This document shows, piece by piece, positions 22,194 to 34,291 of a DNA stretch of 38,343 nt; the first letter of the stretch is position 1; each line of letters starts with the position of its first letter. A model generated the notes under the pieces. It had not been told where the DNA came from, did not search any database, and saw only the letters and a list, made by a program, of their open reading frames with translations. The DNA is from Callorhinchus milii (Eukaryota). The stretch spans positions 1-38,343 of the forward strand of contig NW_024705508.1 of assembly GCF_018977255.1 (NCBI RefSeq). Direction: 5' to 3'. Position numbers and translations under genes: made by a program.

Positions 22194-23393
22194 CTTGAAA
22201 TGCATCCGGACTTGCTTGAAAGCCGTAGGCATCACGATTGGTAACACCATAGACGTACAGACTGAATGGCTCCACAGCTTCGCCTGCCACGCTGTGCAGT
22301 TTCAAATCACTGAACCTTAAGTCAGCCCAGGAGAATGCTGTCCCTTTGATATTTTCCCACTTGAGGCTAGCGAGTTTCACCTTCTTGTCCATTTTTAGGC
22401 GGGCGGTGTCAGAGGTTCGAGCTATGATGTTTGCGAAGTTGGAGAAACCTGGCCGGCCCTGAAAGCGATAGCCTGTGGAGTACTGACTAACGGGGACAAC
22501 GTTCACCAGGAAGGGATCAAAGCGAAATTGTCTGCTTAACACCCCGCCTGTGCAGTAAAACATAACCATGATACCTTCGCTGGCGGTGATCGAGAGCGGG
22601 CGAGACTGGGAGATCTGGTAGCTCGTCATCTGCCCGGCTTTGAGCCGGTCCGGCTTCTGGCCCCCTTGGCCGAAGCGGATCTCGGTGTCCTTCGAAGTCA
22701 GCACGTAGATCAGATCGAACTGCCTCTGGACGGAGAGGGGGGCCACGATGAAAGTCTTTCCCCAACTGCTGACCGGAGGCAGCTGCTCAAAGACGTGGTT
22801 GCACTTGGTTCTGTAATAGACACAAGTGTGGCCGGACAAGACGGCCACTGGCTTGACGGACACGATCCTGCTGCGGGACAGGTCGGACCTGCTTTGGAAC
22901 TGATAGTTTTCGTAGGGTTTCAGACTGATGGTTTGAACCTTCCTGGTATTCACTCGGTATATCTGGATCGTATTCGGCTCTCCCGTGTTGATGACTGTGA
23001 ACTCCTTTGAATTACCTTTGTTGGGCGGGGTGAAGATATAATACTCGTTGCCGAGGGCAGAGACGGGGTAAATCAAGGCAGCGTCCATCGTATAGGATCT
23101 TTTATTGACCGAGACCACCGATATATCCTTACTGGATGTAATGATCACAGTGAACAGGGTGTGGGTGTTCCCTTTGAGCTGTAGAAAGTTGGGCAATTTC
23201 ACACTTGCCGTTTGGTCCTTTCCCAGCACCAGGACCTTCCGCAGGGGGTTCTGGTTCACACTCACAGTCACGGTGGTGGCTTCTTCGTAGGAGATGATCT
23301 CCAGCTCTAGTAATGTGTCAGCACTGGTTCCTAAATAGTTCTGCATAAAGGTGGTGATGAATTCTCTACCGGTCTGCACTGCACTGCACGTCC
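22194..23393 (-). CDS. FCGBP: N-terminal IgGFc_binding domain exon
   Basis: 1200 nt, GREFITTFMQN...PVAVLSGHTC...CNHVFEQLPPVSSWGKTF...AYGF; motifs characteristic of the FCGBP N-terminus. Confidence 0.93.
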
Positions 23394-23409
23394 CTGTGTA
23401 ATAATAATA

Positions 23410-23695
23410 GATAATAATAAATAGTCTTGGCATTTGATTCACGTCTTCGAAACGTCTCAAAGCGCTTCACAGCATGCACTGTAAAGTGTAGTGACTGTGG
23501 GTTTTGTGGGCGAAACGAGGCAGTCAGTTGCGCCCAGCGACGCCCCACAAACAGTCATAGATTGATCCGCCAATCGACTAACAAGTGTGTCTGCGTGTGG
23601 AGTAAGGAAACTTGCCCAAAGTTGTGTCCTGCCTGGGATTTGAACCCAGGTCCTCTCGTTTGAAAGACGAGTGGCTCACTGCACTACAAGGTTCC
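23410..23695 (-). mobile_element. tRNA-derived SINE immediately upstream of the IgGFc exon acceptor
   Basis: Head ccttgtagtgcagtgag...gggttcaaatccc, core and tail with att repeats. Confidence 0.8.
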
Positions 23696-23709
23696 CCAGA
23701 CATTAGAGA

Positions 23710-23885
23710 CATTCTCTGCTCTCTCTCTCCGCCCATCGTGTCTGTGCTGGTGCTCGCTCCCCCACTGGAGCTCTCTACTCTAAACCCCATTCTCTGCTCT
23801 CTCTCTCCGCCCATCGTGTCTGTGCTGGTGCTCGCTCCCCCACTGGAGCTCTCTACTCTAAACCCCATTCCCTGCTCTCTCTCCC
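23710..23885. repeat. 78-bp tandem duplication (about 2.3 copies)
   Basis: cattctctgctctctctctccgcccatcgtgtctgtgctgg...ctaaacccc repeated. Confidence 0.85.
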
Positions 23886-23900
23886 CGGCTCAGTACTCAC

Positions 23901-23946
23901 CCCAGAGCAACACAGCCCAGACACACAACAGCTTCATGTTCCCCAT
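23901..23946 (-). CDS. FCGBP: Start and signal-peptide exon (coding part; full exon 23901-23971): MGNMKLLCVWAVLLW(G)
   Basis: ttttccag acceptor at 23972, ATG at 23946 (alternative ATG at 23937), hydrophobic stretch, phase-1 gtgagt donor joining to GTCSA-VQTG. Confidence 0.85.
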
Positions 23947-24656
23947 TCCCGAAAACCAGGTTGTCACGGAACTGGAAAACAAAAGGTAGCAGCGTAGATT
24001 ATCATTAGGGGCTGACATTTCATAAGAACATAAAAAACATGCTGGCGAGAGAAGAACCAAGGTCCATCGAGTTGGCTTTCCACTCTCCTGGCAGTCGCTT
24101 GACAAGTGGTGCCCCAAACTATTCAGCGCAAGATAAAACATCTTATCGTGGTCCACATTATCTATTTGCTTCAGAATCTTTTTGTGGGCGAAACACGGCG
24201 GCCATTGGCGCCCAGCGGTGTCCCACAAACGATCGTGGATTTTCGTGGTGTGGTGGTTGGAGCACTCGCCTCGCAAGCGAGCGGACCTGCGTTGGATTCT
24301 CGGGCAGGGCGAAACATTGGGCAAGTTTCCTTACTCCACCCACATGCCTCTGGTGGATGGGCGGATGGGTGGAGTAAGGTCCCACCCGGGTCCTGCCTCT
24401 AACCGCTAAGCTGGTGGCCATACAGGTTTGCTGACAACCCATCTCTGGGTGTCACACAACAAACAAAGACACAATCAAAATGCATTCATTGAATCTCTAA
24501 CAATCTGTCCTCAAGTGAGTACCTGATTTAATCCACAGATAAGAGGATCTCAATGAGCCAATTTGTAGGAATGTTAAAGGTTTGGTTGGACCTTTTCCAA
24601 CTCACAAGAAACTCCCTCAAAATCGCATTCCAATCACTTGACTTCATCTGTGGATT

Positions 24657-26026
24657 CCCTGTAGCTCAGGGGGTTAGACCCCTCGCCTCGCACCCCACAG
24701 CCCCTGTAGCTCAGGGGTTAGACCCCTCGCCTCGCACCCCACAGCCCTGTAGCTCAGGGGTTAGACCCCTCGCCTCGCACCCCACAGCCCCTGTAGCTCA
24801 GGGGTTAGACCCCCTCTCCCCCCACCCCACAGCCCCTGTAGCTCAGGGGTTAGACCCCTCGCCTCGCACCCCACAGCCCCTGTAGCTCAGGGGTTAGACC
24901 CCTCGCCTCGCACCCCACAGCCCCTGTAGCTCAGGGGTTAGACCCCTCGCCTCGCACCCCACAGCCCCTGTAGCTCAGGGGTTAGACCCCTCGCCTCGCA
25001 CCCCACAGCCCCTGTAGCTCAGGGGTTAGACCCCTCGCCTCGCACCCCACAGCCCCTGTAGCTCAGGGGTTAGACCCCTCCCTCGCACCCCACAGCCCCT
25101 GTAGCTCAGGGGTTAGACCCCTCCCCCCACCCCACAGCCCCTGTAGCTCAGGGGTTAGACCCCTCGCCCCCCACCCCACAGCCCCTGTAGCTCAGGGGTT
25201 AGACCCCTCGCCTCGCACCCCACAGCCCCTGTAGCTCAGGGTTAGACCCCTCCTCGCACCCCACAGCCCCTGTAGCTCAGGGGTTAGACCCCTCCCTCGC
25301 ACCCCACAGCCCCTGTAGCTCAGGGGTTAGACCCCTCCCCTCGCACCCCACAGCCCCTGTAGCTCAGGGGTTAGACCCCTCCCTCGCACCCCACAGCCCC
25401 TGTAGCTCAGGGGTTAGACCCCTCGCCTCGCACCCCACAGCCCCTGTAGCTCAGGGGTTAGACCCCTCCCCTCGCACCCCACAGCCCCTGTAGCTCAGGG
25501 GTTAGACCCCTCCCTCGACCCCACAGCCCCTGTAGCTCAGGGGTTAGACCCCTCGCCTCGCACCCCACAGCCCCTGTAGCTCAGGGGTTAGACCCTCCCC
25601 CCACCCACAGCCCCTGTAGCTCAGGGGTTAGACCCCCCCCCACCCACAGCCCCTGTAGCTCAGGGGTTAGACCCTCCCTCGCACCCACAGCCCCTGTAGC
25701 TCAGGGGTTAGACCCTTCCTCGCACCCCACAGCCCCTGTAGCTCAGGGGTTAGACCCCTCCTCGCACCCCACAGCCCCTGTAGCTCAGGGGTTAGACCCC
25801 TCCCCTCGCACCCCACAGCCCCTGTAGCTCAGGGGTTAGACCCCTCCCCTCGCACCCCACAGCCCCTGTAGCTCAGGGGTTAGACCCCTCCTCGCACCCC
25901 ACAGCCCCTGTAGCTCAGGGGTTAGACCCCTCCCCTCGCACCCCACAGCCCCTGTAGCTTAGGGGTTAGACCCCTCCTCGCACCCCACAGCCCCTGTAGC
26001 TCAGGGGTTAGACCCCTCACCTCGCA
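24657..26026 (+). repeat. 44-bp minisatellite, about 32 copies, derived from the 5' half of the SINE tRNA head
   Basis: Unit ccctgtagctcaggggttagacccctcgcctcgcaccccacagc; the last unit runs into a B box (gggttcaatgcc) and the SINE core. Confidence 0.95.
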
Positions 26027-26381
26027 AGCCAGACGACCCGGGTTCAATGCCCAGGCAGGTCAGGTCAGGGCGAAACCTTAGGCAAGTTTCCTTACTCCCC
26101 CAACACACACACGCTCACACACACACACACACACAGACAAGCGACATAATGATATATTTACGTCTTCGAGGCATCGCAAAGTGCTTCACAGAATATAGTG
26201 TAAAGTGTAGTGACTGTATATTATGTGGGCAAAACTGGCAGCCAATTATGCACAGCAGTGTCCCACAAGCGTGGATTGACTGACCAAATTTTTTAAAATA
26301 TAAAATGGATTATTACCCCCGGAAAGCGCTCCGCTAATCGACTAACAACCGAGTTTCTACTTACAGCTGGAAAACAGAGCC

Positions 26382-26418
<37 letters not shown>

Positions 26419-26519
26419 AGAAAACTTGCCTAACGTGTTCCCCTGACCTGACCTGACTCACCCGAGAATCGAACCCGGGACTCCACAACAATAATGTACG
26501 ACTGTAAAAATTGTCCGCC

Positions 26520-27085
26520 TTCCCAACCCCTCACTCCACGGGCTGCAGATAATCCAGAACTAACTCCGCAGCCCGTGTCCTCTCCCGCACCAAACTCCGT
26601 GACCCCATCTCCCCCACTCTCGCCCGACTCCATTGGCTCCCTATCCTTCAGAGGATCCAGTTCAAGATCCTGGTCCTCACCTACAAAGCCCTCCGTGGCC
26701 TCGCCCCACCCTACCTCTGCCACCTCCTCACCCCCTACCAACTCGCCCGCTCCCTCCGCTCAGCCGGTTCTGGTCGGCTCCACGTCCCCCGACCCACCCG
26801 CCCCACCATTGGCGGGAGAGCGTTCAGCCACTCTGCCCCCAACCTCTGGAATTCGTCCCCAATCACTCCGCCTCACCCCCTCCTTAGCCTCCTTCAAGTC
26901 CCGCCTCGAGACCCTCCTCTTCGACCATGCCATCAGCCACCCCCCCTTCCCCTCCCTTCCCTTCTCCCCCCCCCCCCCCCCCACCCCCGACCCCAGCTCG
27001 GGGTCTGAAATGCTGTACACTGTCCAGCGCCTTGGGACATCCTCCCGTGAAAGGCGCTCTACAAATGTAATCCTGGTGTTGTAAA
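26520..27085 (+). mobile_element. L2-type LINE 3' fragment (related fragments at 1-290, 4940-5330, 12640-12990, 14760-15170, 17060-17480, 21315-21640, 29380-29630)
   Basis: Encodes LHWLPI..RIQFKILVLTYKALRGLAPPYL, typical of the L2 RT C-terminus; tail gtgaaaggcgctctacaaatgtaa. Confidence 0.85.
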
Positions 27086-27799
27086 AACCTGACATGCTTA
27101 AATAACAATAATAATAATAATAACAATAATTATAAAAACTTGCCTTTGGTACCGTCAAGGAAAGGAAACATCCTATCGGATAATGATGTTGTAGAGAGAG
27201 AGAAACAGGAGCAACTCAGCCAGATAGGAGATCGTATCAGGAGAGGTACAACAACAACAACAACTTGCACTTCTATAGCCACTCACAAAGTCCTGCATCC
27301 CAGAGAGCTTTACATACAGACTCAGGATAGGCAGGTTGATAGAAAAGGTGGATTAACTTAATCCAAGTAATGAATCAGTGCATCTGGTGAGACAGAGACC
27401 GTTAGGTCAAAGCGACTTGACGCATTCCTAGATCGATCGCTAAACTCCACTCAGTTAGCTGCCGTGTTTCGTTCCCCCAAAACAGGCAGTCACTACGCTT
27501 TACAGTTCATCCCGTGAAGCGCTTTGCGAGGTCTCGACGACACGGTAAGGAGGTGCATCGAAAGCTTGGTTTGCGCGATGAAAAATAATCCTAGCCTTTG
27601 AGACAGCGCCTTAGCACATCGTGGAGGCTTCGCAGGATATACTGCAAAGTGTAGTGACTGTGTGTTTTGTGGAAGCGAAATGCGGCAGCACAGCAGTTTT
27701 ACAGTGTTTATAGATGTAAGATTTAGATTCACCTTTGGCATCGGAGGCTGATTCTGTGTAACTAAATCGATAAGATTAGCAGATTTTATATATCTAGAC

Positions 27800-28300
27800 G
27801 GGGAGTCCTGTAGCTCAGCGGTTAGAGCACTCGCCTCGCAAGCGCGAGGACTTGGGTTCGATTCCTGGGCAGGGTGAAATGTTGGGTAAGTTTCCTTACT
27901 CCACTCACACCTCCGTTTACTGAGCAGGAAGTGGGAACCCGCTCGTGAGTCAATTTGGGGATCGCTTTCCGGGGTTCGGAATTCCCTCCAAAAAAAAAAT
28001 AACGATATTAATTTCACCCACAAAATATACAGTCAATTCACTTTACCGTGAAAGGCTTTGAGACGTCTCGAAGACGTGATAAGGAGCTAAATCAAAAGCA
28101 AGGACTATTATTATCAATATTCTATAATTTGGTCATTCAGTCCACGGCTGTTTGTGGGGACGTCGCTGGGCGCAATTGGCTGCCGCATTTCGCCCGCAAA
28201 ACACACAGTCACCACACTTTACAGTGTATCCCGTGAAGCACTTTGAGACATCTCGATGACATGACAAGGCACTGGGTCGTGAAATGCAGGGATTATTAAT
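27800..28300 (+). mobile_element. tRNA-Ala(CGC)-like SINE with the best-preserved head
   Basis: A box tagctcagcgg, anticodon arm ctcgc-ctcgcaa-gcgcg, B box ggttcgattcc, followed by core and L2-like tail. Confidence 0.85.
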
Positions 28301-28597
28301 AATATTATTATCATTCAGTGAAAAAGGGATTATTAATAATATTATTATCATTCAGTGAAAAAAATTGCAGCAAAAATCATAATTTTTTTGACATATACAT
28401 AACAGAATAAATGATAAGAAAAAAAATTGAGACGTCTCCAAAGACGTGATAAGGAGCTAAGTCAAAAAATTGAATAAAAAAAAGAAATAAATATAACATA
28501 ATAAATAATAATACTAAAAATAGTTCTTTGCAAACGCCGCGGAGTTCAGAAGTGCTCATTGATTTCTCTCTCGGTAGGTAATGGAGTTGGGACTTAC

Positions 28598-28692
28598 CAG
28601 AGGGCATGTCTGTCAAGGGCAGCTGTGATCTACAGCGGAGAAGAAGCTTTTATAAGCGTGTGGTTCTCTGGTCTGCCTCCTCATCAACCAAT
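28598..28692 (-). promoter_or_regulatory. Putative core promoter and short exon 1: TATAAAAG (28654-28647), CCAAT (28688-28692), TSS ~28624-28626, donor ctg/gtaagt at 28598
   Basis: Consensus TATA box in non-repetitive sequence with correct spacing to a TCA start and a perfect splice donor; exon 2 has an acceptor that needs an upstream exon. Confidence 0.65.
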
Positions 28693-30119
28693 CCACTACC
28701 AACAGGTAAGAGGATTCCTCAGAGCCCCAAGAGGGCGCCTTCTGCACTTCATCTCTTGTTATTTTCTAGGAAATATAATAATAATAATCCTCACATTTGA
28801 TGATAATAATTCCTCTTCGAGACGTCTCAAAGCGCTTCACAGAAACTGCAGTGACTGTAGATTCTACGGGCCAATTGCGCACAGCAACGTCTCCACAAAC
28901 AACAACAGCAACAACAACAAGACTCCCATTTCTAGAGCGCCTTTCACGTCGGGAGGACGTGGGTTGAGTGACTCAATTATCAAATGCAAAGATTATTATT
29001 ATTATTATTATAAACCACCAAGCTACACGATTTTATACTTAACGATAATTGTTTGCGAGTTGCCCTGACTGCACTGTAACAATTCCAGTCCTCCTGGGCT
29101 TGTGTTTGTATTTTAATTATCAAACCTCTCATCGGTTTCTTATTTTTAATGTGCTTTGTTTGCCCCATTTTTTGGGGGGGTTTTGCTTACTTTAATAAGT
29201 AGGAATTCTAGGAACGGAAGAAGGTGGGGTGGAGGTAGAAGCCAAGAGGTTTGGGCAAAGTGAAACACACCCTATAATTTGGGACGTAACATTATTGCAA
29301 GCGACTGCCCAGGGGGGAAAAAAAATATCAAGAAAATCCTAATAATTTGGTCACGCAATCCATGACTTGTTTGCGGGACGTTACGGTCGAAGAGGAAAGT
29401 TTTCAGGCGGGACTCGAAAGAGGGGAGAGAGAGAGAGATAGGGGCAAGGCGGAGAGACCGAGGGAGAGCGTTGTCGAGTTTGGGGGCAAAGTGTGGGGCG
29501 GAGGGCGGGAGGGACGAGGAGGAGGCTGGTGCCAGTCGAGCGGAGGGTGGTAGATTGGCGAGTGAGGAGGTCAGAGATGGAGGTCCCAGGGAGTGACGGG
29601 ATTTGAACACGAGAGCGAGGATTTCGACATCGAATCCTGAGATGTCTCGAAGACGTGATAAGGCGCCGTATCAAATGCAAGACTTATTATTAATATAAGC
29701 GACTGCCAGGAAGGTGGAGGGCAAACTGGATGGTCCTTGATCCTTTTATACCTAGAAAATCCCTGTGCATTTAGACAGACAGGCCATCAATCTGCTGACT
29801 CATTTTTCCCAGAAAGCGTTCTAACTAGAGCTATCTAAAAATTCTGAATATTTTCTCTCTCTCTCTCTCTCTCTCTCCCCGGAGGGACACACCCTGCTGA
29901 CAAAATTCCAGGGGGGATTAGGCGCAGGTTTGGCAAGGCTTTGTTGGGATGGGAGCCCAGAGTGTGCGTTGGCGTAACCGCTGGAGCCAACCAGCCGAGC
30001 GGAGGGTGGATTGGGGAGCGAGGGGGTCGGAGAGGTAGGGAGCTACCAGGGAGTGAAGGGATTTGAACACGAGGGCGAGGATCTTGAAGACGATCCGTTC
30101 TTAAATCTCTAATAATAAT

Positions 30120-30515
30120 AATAATAATAATATTTAAGCCTGGCATTTGACCCGGCGCCCTATCACGTCGAAGAGACGTCTCAAAGCGCTTCACAGGATA
30201 CATTGCAAAGTGTAGTGACTATGTGTTTTGTGGGCGAAAGGCGGCAGCCAATCGCGCCCAGCGACGTCCCCACAAACAGCCGTGGGTTGTGTAACCAATT
30301 TTTTTTTTTTTGAAGGGGTTGTTGTTACCTCTGGAAAGCGATCCCGCCAATCATCTAACAAGTGGTTTCCTACTTACTGCTGGTAAACGGAGGAGTGTGT
30401 GTGGATTAGCGAAACTTGCCTCAGGTTTCACCCCGACCCGACCCACCCGGGAAGCGAACCTGGGTCCCTTCGCTTGCTTGCGAGGCGAGCGCTCTTATCA
30501 ACCACCCTACAGGAC
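30120..30515 (-). mobile_element. tRNA-derived SINE, near full length
   Basis: Head gagtcctgtagggtggttg...ctcgcctcgcaagc, core, tail ending (att)n. Confidence 0.8.
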
Positions 30516-31096
30516 TCCTTGTCACATCGTCGCGACGTCTCAAAGCGCCTCGCAGAACAATCTCAAGTGAAATTGACTGCATTTAGTGGCTGAATTGTCT
30601 ATTAATGTGTGGTTAACACTCAGGCCTGTATTACAACTACAAGATCAGCTCTGAAAAGCTTTTGACACTTAAGTAAGAAATGTAATCATACTTGTTAATC
30701 CCACGCACAAAGCACCGCCCATGGCAAACAGTTCCGAGCAACTTTGTTCAAATACAACCTTTAGTTAATTTATATTATCAAAGAAGCTTAAGACAGGTTC
30801 AGGAACGCCCCAGTTCGAACAAATAATTTATTTGATCGCTCCTTTAAATTTCGCAGCTGTTTGTTACGCTAAACTTTGATGGAAAAGTCTCTCTAATCAT
30901 AATAATTATAATAATGGAGCTAAACCAGTATCGATTTAAATCACACCAATGGAGTCGTTCCATATTGGCCCTCAAAGCTCTCGCCAGCTCCCACCCAAAG
31001 CTCAGGTGTCCAGCAAAGATTCTTAAGCACGCAACCCCCCCCCCCCCCCCCTTGTAGCTCAGGGGTTAGAGCTCTCGCCTCGCAGGGCAAAACTCC

Positions 31097-31487
31097 TTCA
31101 ACCCCTCTGCCTTGCCCACTCTCTCTCCTTCAACCCCTCTGCCTTGCCCCCTCTCTCCTTCAACCCCTCTGCCTTGCCCACTCTCTCTCCTTCAACCCCT
31201 CTGCCTTGCCCACTCTCTCCTTCAACCCCTTTGCCTTGCCCACTCTTTCCTTCAACCCCTCTGCCTTGCCCACTCTCTCTCTCAACCCCTCCCCACTGGC
31301 CCCCACTCTCTCTCTCGCTCAACCCCACCGCTTTACCCCCTCTCTCCCTCAATTCCTCCACCTTGTCCCCTCTCTCCTCTTTCCCTGTGTCCTTCAACCC
31401 CTCTGCCTTGCCCCCACCTCTTTCTCTCTCTCTCTCTCTCTCAACCCCTCTGCCTTTTTGTCCCCCCCCCTCTCTCTCAACCCCTGC
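31097..31487. repeat. ~30-bp pyrimidine-rich minisatellite (ttcaacccctctgccttgcccactctctcc)
   Basis: Degenerate direct repeats. Confidence 0.9.
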
Positions 31488-31917
31488 GTAGTTGACACTA
31501 AATGTTTTTTTATTGGTAGGTTTCCACTACATTCCTGCACAGACACAATAGCAGCTGGTATTTGGGTGGCTGTTATTCTCTAAGCTGTGTTTGTACAGAA
31601 GGAGTTAGAGAAGTACTCAATCATGTCCATCTTGATATGTTGGTGTTTAAATCACTCCAGACTACAATCATTTGCAACCAGAAAACTGGCTTGACCTGTG
31701 AGGCAGCTCCAACACCTTACCAGTGGATTTTTAAGTTGACGGACCACTCCTATACTTTGTCAAATAACTTCATCGCTTCAGGGATTTTCAATAGCCTCGG
31801 ACCAGATTCCTAGAACTGGCACGCACCAACATCCACCCTCTCACCTGCTAATCATAGAGCTTCACAGCATGGAAGGAGGCCATTCGGCCCATCGTGTCTG
31901 TGCCAGAAAAGAGCTAT

Positions 31918-32021
31918 CCCGCCAGTGAGAATAGTTTCTCCTTGTTCACCCCATCGAATCCCCTCATCACTCTGAAAACTTAATTAAGTCTCTTTTCTTA
32001 ACCTTCTCTGCTCCGAGAAGA

Positions 32022-32052
<31 letters not shown>

Positions 32053-34256
32053 AAATAATAATTTTGTGGGGACGGCGCCGTCCCCACAAAACCGTTGAGA
32101 GTTTATCCGATAGAATCAGGAAAGTGTCAAGATGCGGGGTGGCAGATAAGACAATTCCTCATTTTGAGGGGAGAGCAGGAAAGTGCTGGGCTGAAAGATA
32201 AATAACCTTTGAGGCAATAGACGCCAACAGGACATTGCAACCTCATTGCAGTGGTCCCAATACTAACCCCTGGGGGACACCACTACACACTCGCCTCCAG
32301 TCAGAAAAGCTACCGTTCACCACCACTCTCTGCTCTCAGCGAGTTCTGTATCCACGCTCACTGTGCCTTTAATACCGTGGGGCTTCTGTTTTGCTCTTAT
32401 GTGGCACTTTATCAAACACCTTTTGGAAATTCCCATATAAACAACAACAGCAACAAAAAGATTCCATTTATTGAGCGCCTTTCACGTCGGGAGGACGTCC
32501 CAAGGCGCTGTACAGTTGGGTCAGGACCCGAGCATTGGGGGGAAATGGTCAGGGTGAGCGGAGGGAACGAGGAGGGGGTAGAGAGTCGAGAGAGGAGCTG
32601 AAGGCACGGTCAAAGAGAAACTACATATAAATACATATAAACTACATCAACTGCTCTACCTTCATCCACCCTCTCCGTTACTTCACCAAAAAATCTCTTA
32701 TCAGGTTTGTGAGACATGATTTGCCTTTGACAAACCCGGGTTGACTGTCCTTTATTAACCCATCGTTTTCTAAGCGAAAATTTATTTCGTCCCGGATTAC
32801 ACTCTCTAAAAGCTTCCCCACGACTGACGTTAGGCCGACTGGCCGGAAGTTCCCGGGTTTATCCTTCTCCTTTTGTACAGGGGAGTGACATTTGCAGCCC
32901 TCCAGTCCTCTGTCAACCCCGGTGTCCAAGGAGGATTGAAAGATTGTGGCCAGAGCCTCCGCTATTTCCACCCTCGCATCCCATCCGGACCGGGTGACTT
33001 GTCTACCTTGAGCACCAACAGCCTTTTTAGTCCCTCCTCTCGGTTTATTCTTATCTTCTCCAATTTCTCTCCCCTCTGCCTCCACAGGAAGATTTCCCCT
33101 TTGGTCCCTAATTGGCCCCACCCGACTTTGACTAACCTTTTATTCTTTGTAAGCTTATAAAATACCTTAAGGCTCCCTTTTGTGTTACTCATTAAGCTTT
33201 TCTGACACCATCTCTTTGTCCCTCTTATTTCCTTCTTCAGTTCTCTGTACTTTCTATATTCTATTTGATTATCTTCTGTACTTTGGACCTGGCGTTTCAC
33301 CAATAAACCTCCTTTCTCTGTTCTTTTTTTTAATTTTAATCCCAATTTCCTTAGTGATCCGGGGAGGTTTGGATGCCCTCCTCTCCCATTTGTGGGAATG
33401 TATTTGTTCTGTCCCCGAACTATCTGCTCCTTGAAGGCCTTCCCATTGCTCGTGAGCTGTTTTACCTGCCAATCTTTCTTTCCAGTCCACCTTGGCCAGG
33501 TCCCTGTTTCACTCGCTGAAATTAGCCTCGTCCAGTTGAGTATCCTCACCCTTGATGGCTCCTTGTCCCTGTCCGTAAGTACTCTAAGGATAATCAAAGT
33601 TCCCCCATTATCACTACTCTATTGGTTTCCGAAATCATCACATACTCCAAGACAGACTGAGTCTGCTCTGCATTTCTCCCCCCACCGTCTAATCCTCCTT
33701 ATTCTGGATTACTCCTTATGACATTGCTATTGGTCTCTCCCAGCCCTCTGTGTGACTTGCTTGTTCTCATGCTACATCCTGATACCCTTCACCCCCCAAA
33801 GTTAGTTTAAACCCTTCCCCACAGCACTCGTTAATCTCCCTGTGAGGTCCTTGATCCCAACCCCGTTCAGCTGTAACCCATTCTCTTTATACAGGTCCCA
33901 TCTGCCCCAGAACTGGTCGGTCCCAATGATCCAGGAACCCAAACCCTCCTTTCTGCACCATTTCTCCAGCCGTGCATTAATGTGTTTGATGTGCTGTTTT
34001 GATGCTCACTTGCACGAGGCACTGGGAGTAATCCAGAGCTCACCACCTTTGAGGCCCTCCTCTTTAGCTTATTCCCGAGCTTCTGATACGCTCCCCGTGG
34101 GAGAGTTCTTTTCCCCCTACCTGGCACCGGGGAGGCAACGTTTGTGGGGTGTCGCTGGGCGCAATTGGCTGCCCACAAAACATACAGTCACTACGCTTTA
34201 CAGCGTTTCCCGTGAAGCGCTTTCAGATGTCTCAAAGACGTGATGAGCTGCCTCCG

Positions 34257-34291
<35 letters not shown>

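Larger units (their letters stand above)
3711..28626 (-). pseudogene. FCGBP: FCGBP-like (IgGFc-binding protein) gene, minus-strand copy; about 21 exons; frameshifted and 3'-truncated as assembled (possible pseudogene, null allele or assembly error)
   Basis: Signal peptide, then an N-terminal IgGFc_binding domain, then repeated vWD-C8-TIL-TILa units with GDPH and CGLCG motifs. Exon phases are consistent except for the 580-nt exon 6676-7255 (frameshift). The last exon is cut at 3711. Summed exon lengths give about 3450 aa if repaired with the plus-copy 3' exons, or about 2950 aa as written. Confidence 0.6.

Noticed and set aside
22018..23460. 480-aa single-exon ORF
   Set aside because: Its ends are SINE tail and intronic minisatellite; the real exon is 22194-23393.
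3711..23946. Zonadhesin, alpha-tectorin, otogelin or gel-forming mucin identity
   Set aside because: No MAM, NIDO, ZP, PTS or cystine-knot regions are seen; the N-terminal IgGFc_binding domain and short C-terminus fit FCGBP.
24657..26026. CRISPR-like array with an internal hairpin
   Set aside because: Units are head-to-tail with no unique spacers, there are no cas genes, the context is vertebrate, and the unit derives from a SINE head.
27800..27875. tRNA-Ala(CGC) gene
   Set aside because: There is no clean acceptor stem or oligo-T terminator; it continues directly into a SINE core found many times in the window.
28288..28362. 37-bp direct duplication near the promoter
   Set aside because: It is AT-rich slippage at a SINE tail, with no evidence of function.
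31098..31583. Pro/Ser/Leu-rich ORFs
   Set aside because: They are translations of a pyrimidine-rich minisatellite.
32630..34110. Active or domesticated reverse transcriptase
   Set aside because: It is a fragmented CR1 with frameshifts and large deletions, and the catalytic core is not present.
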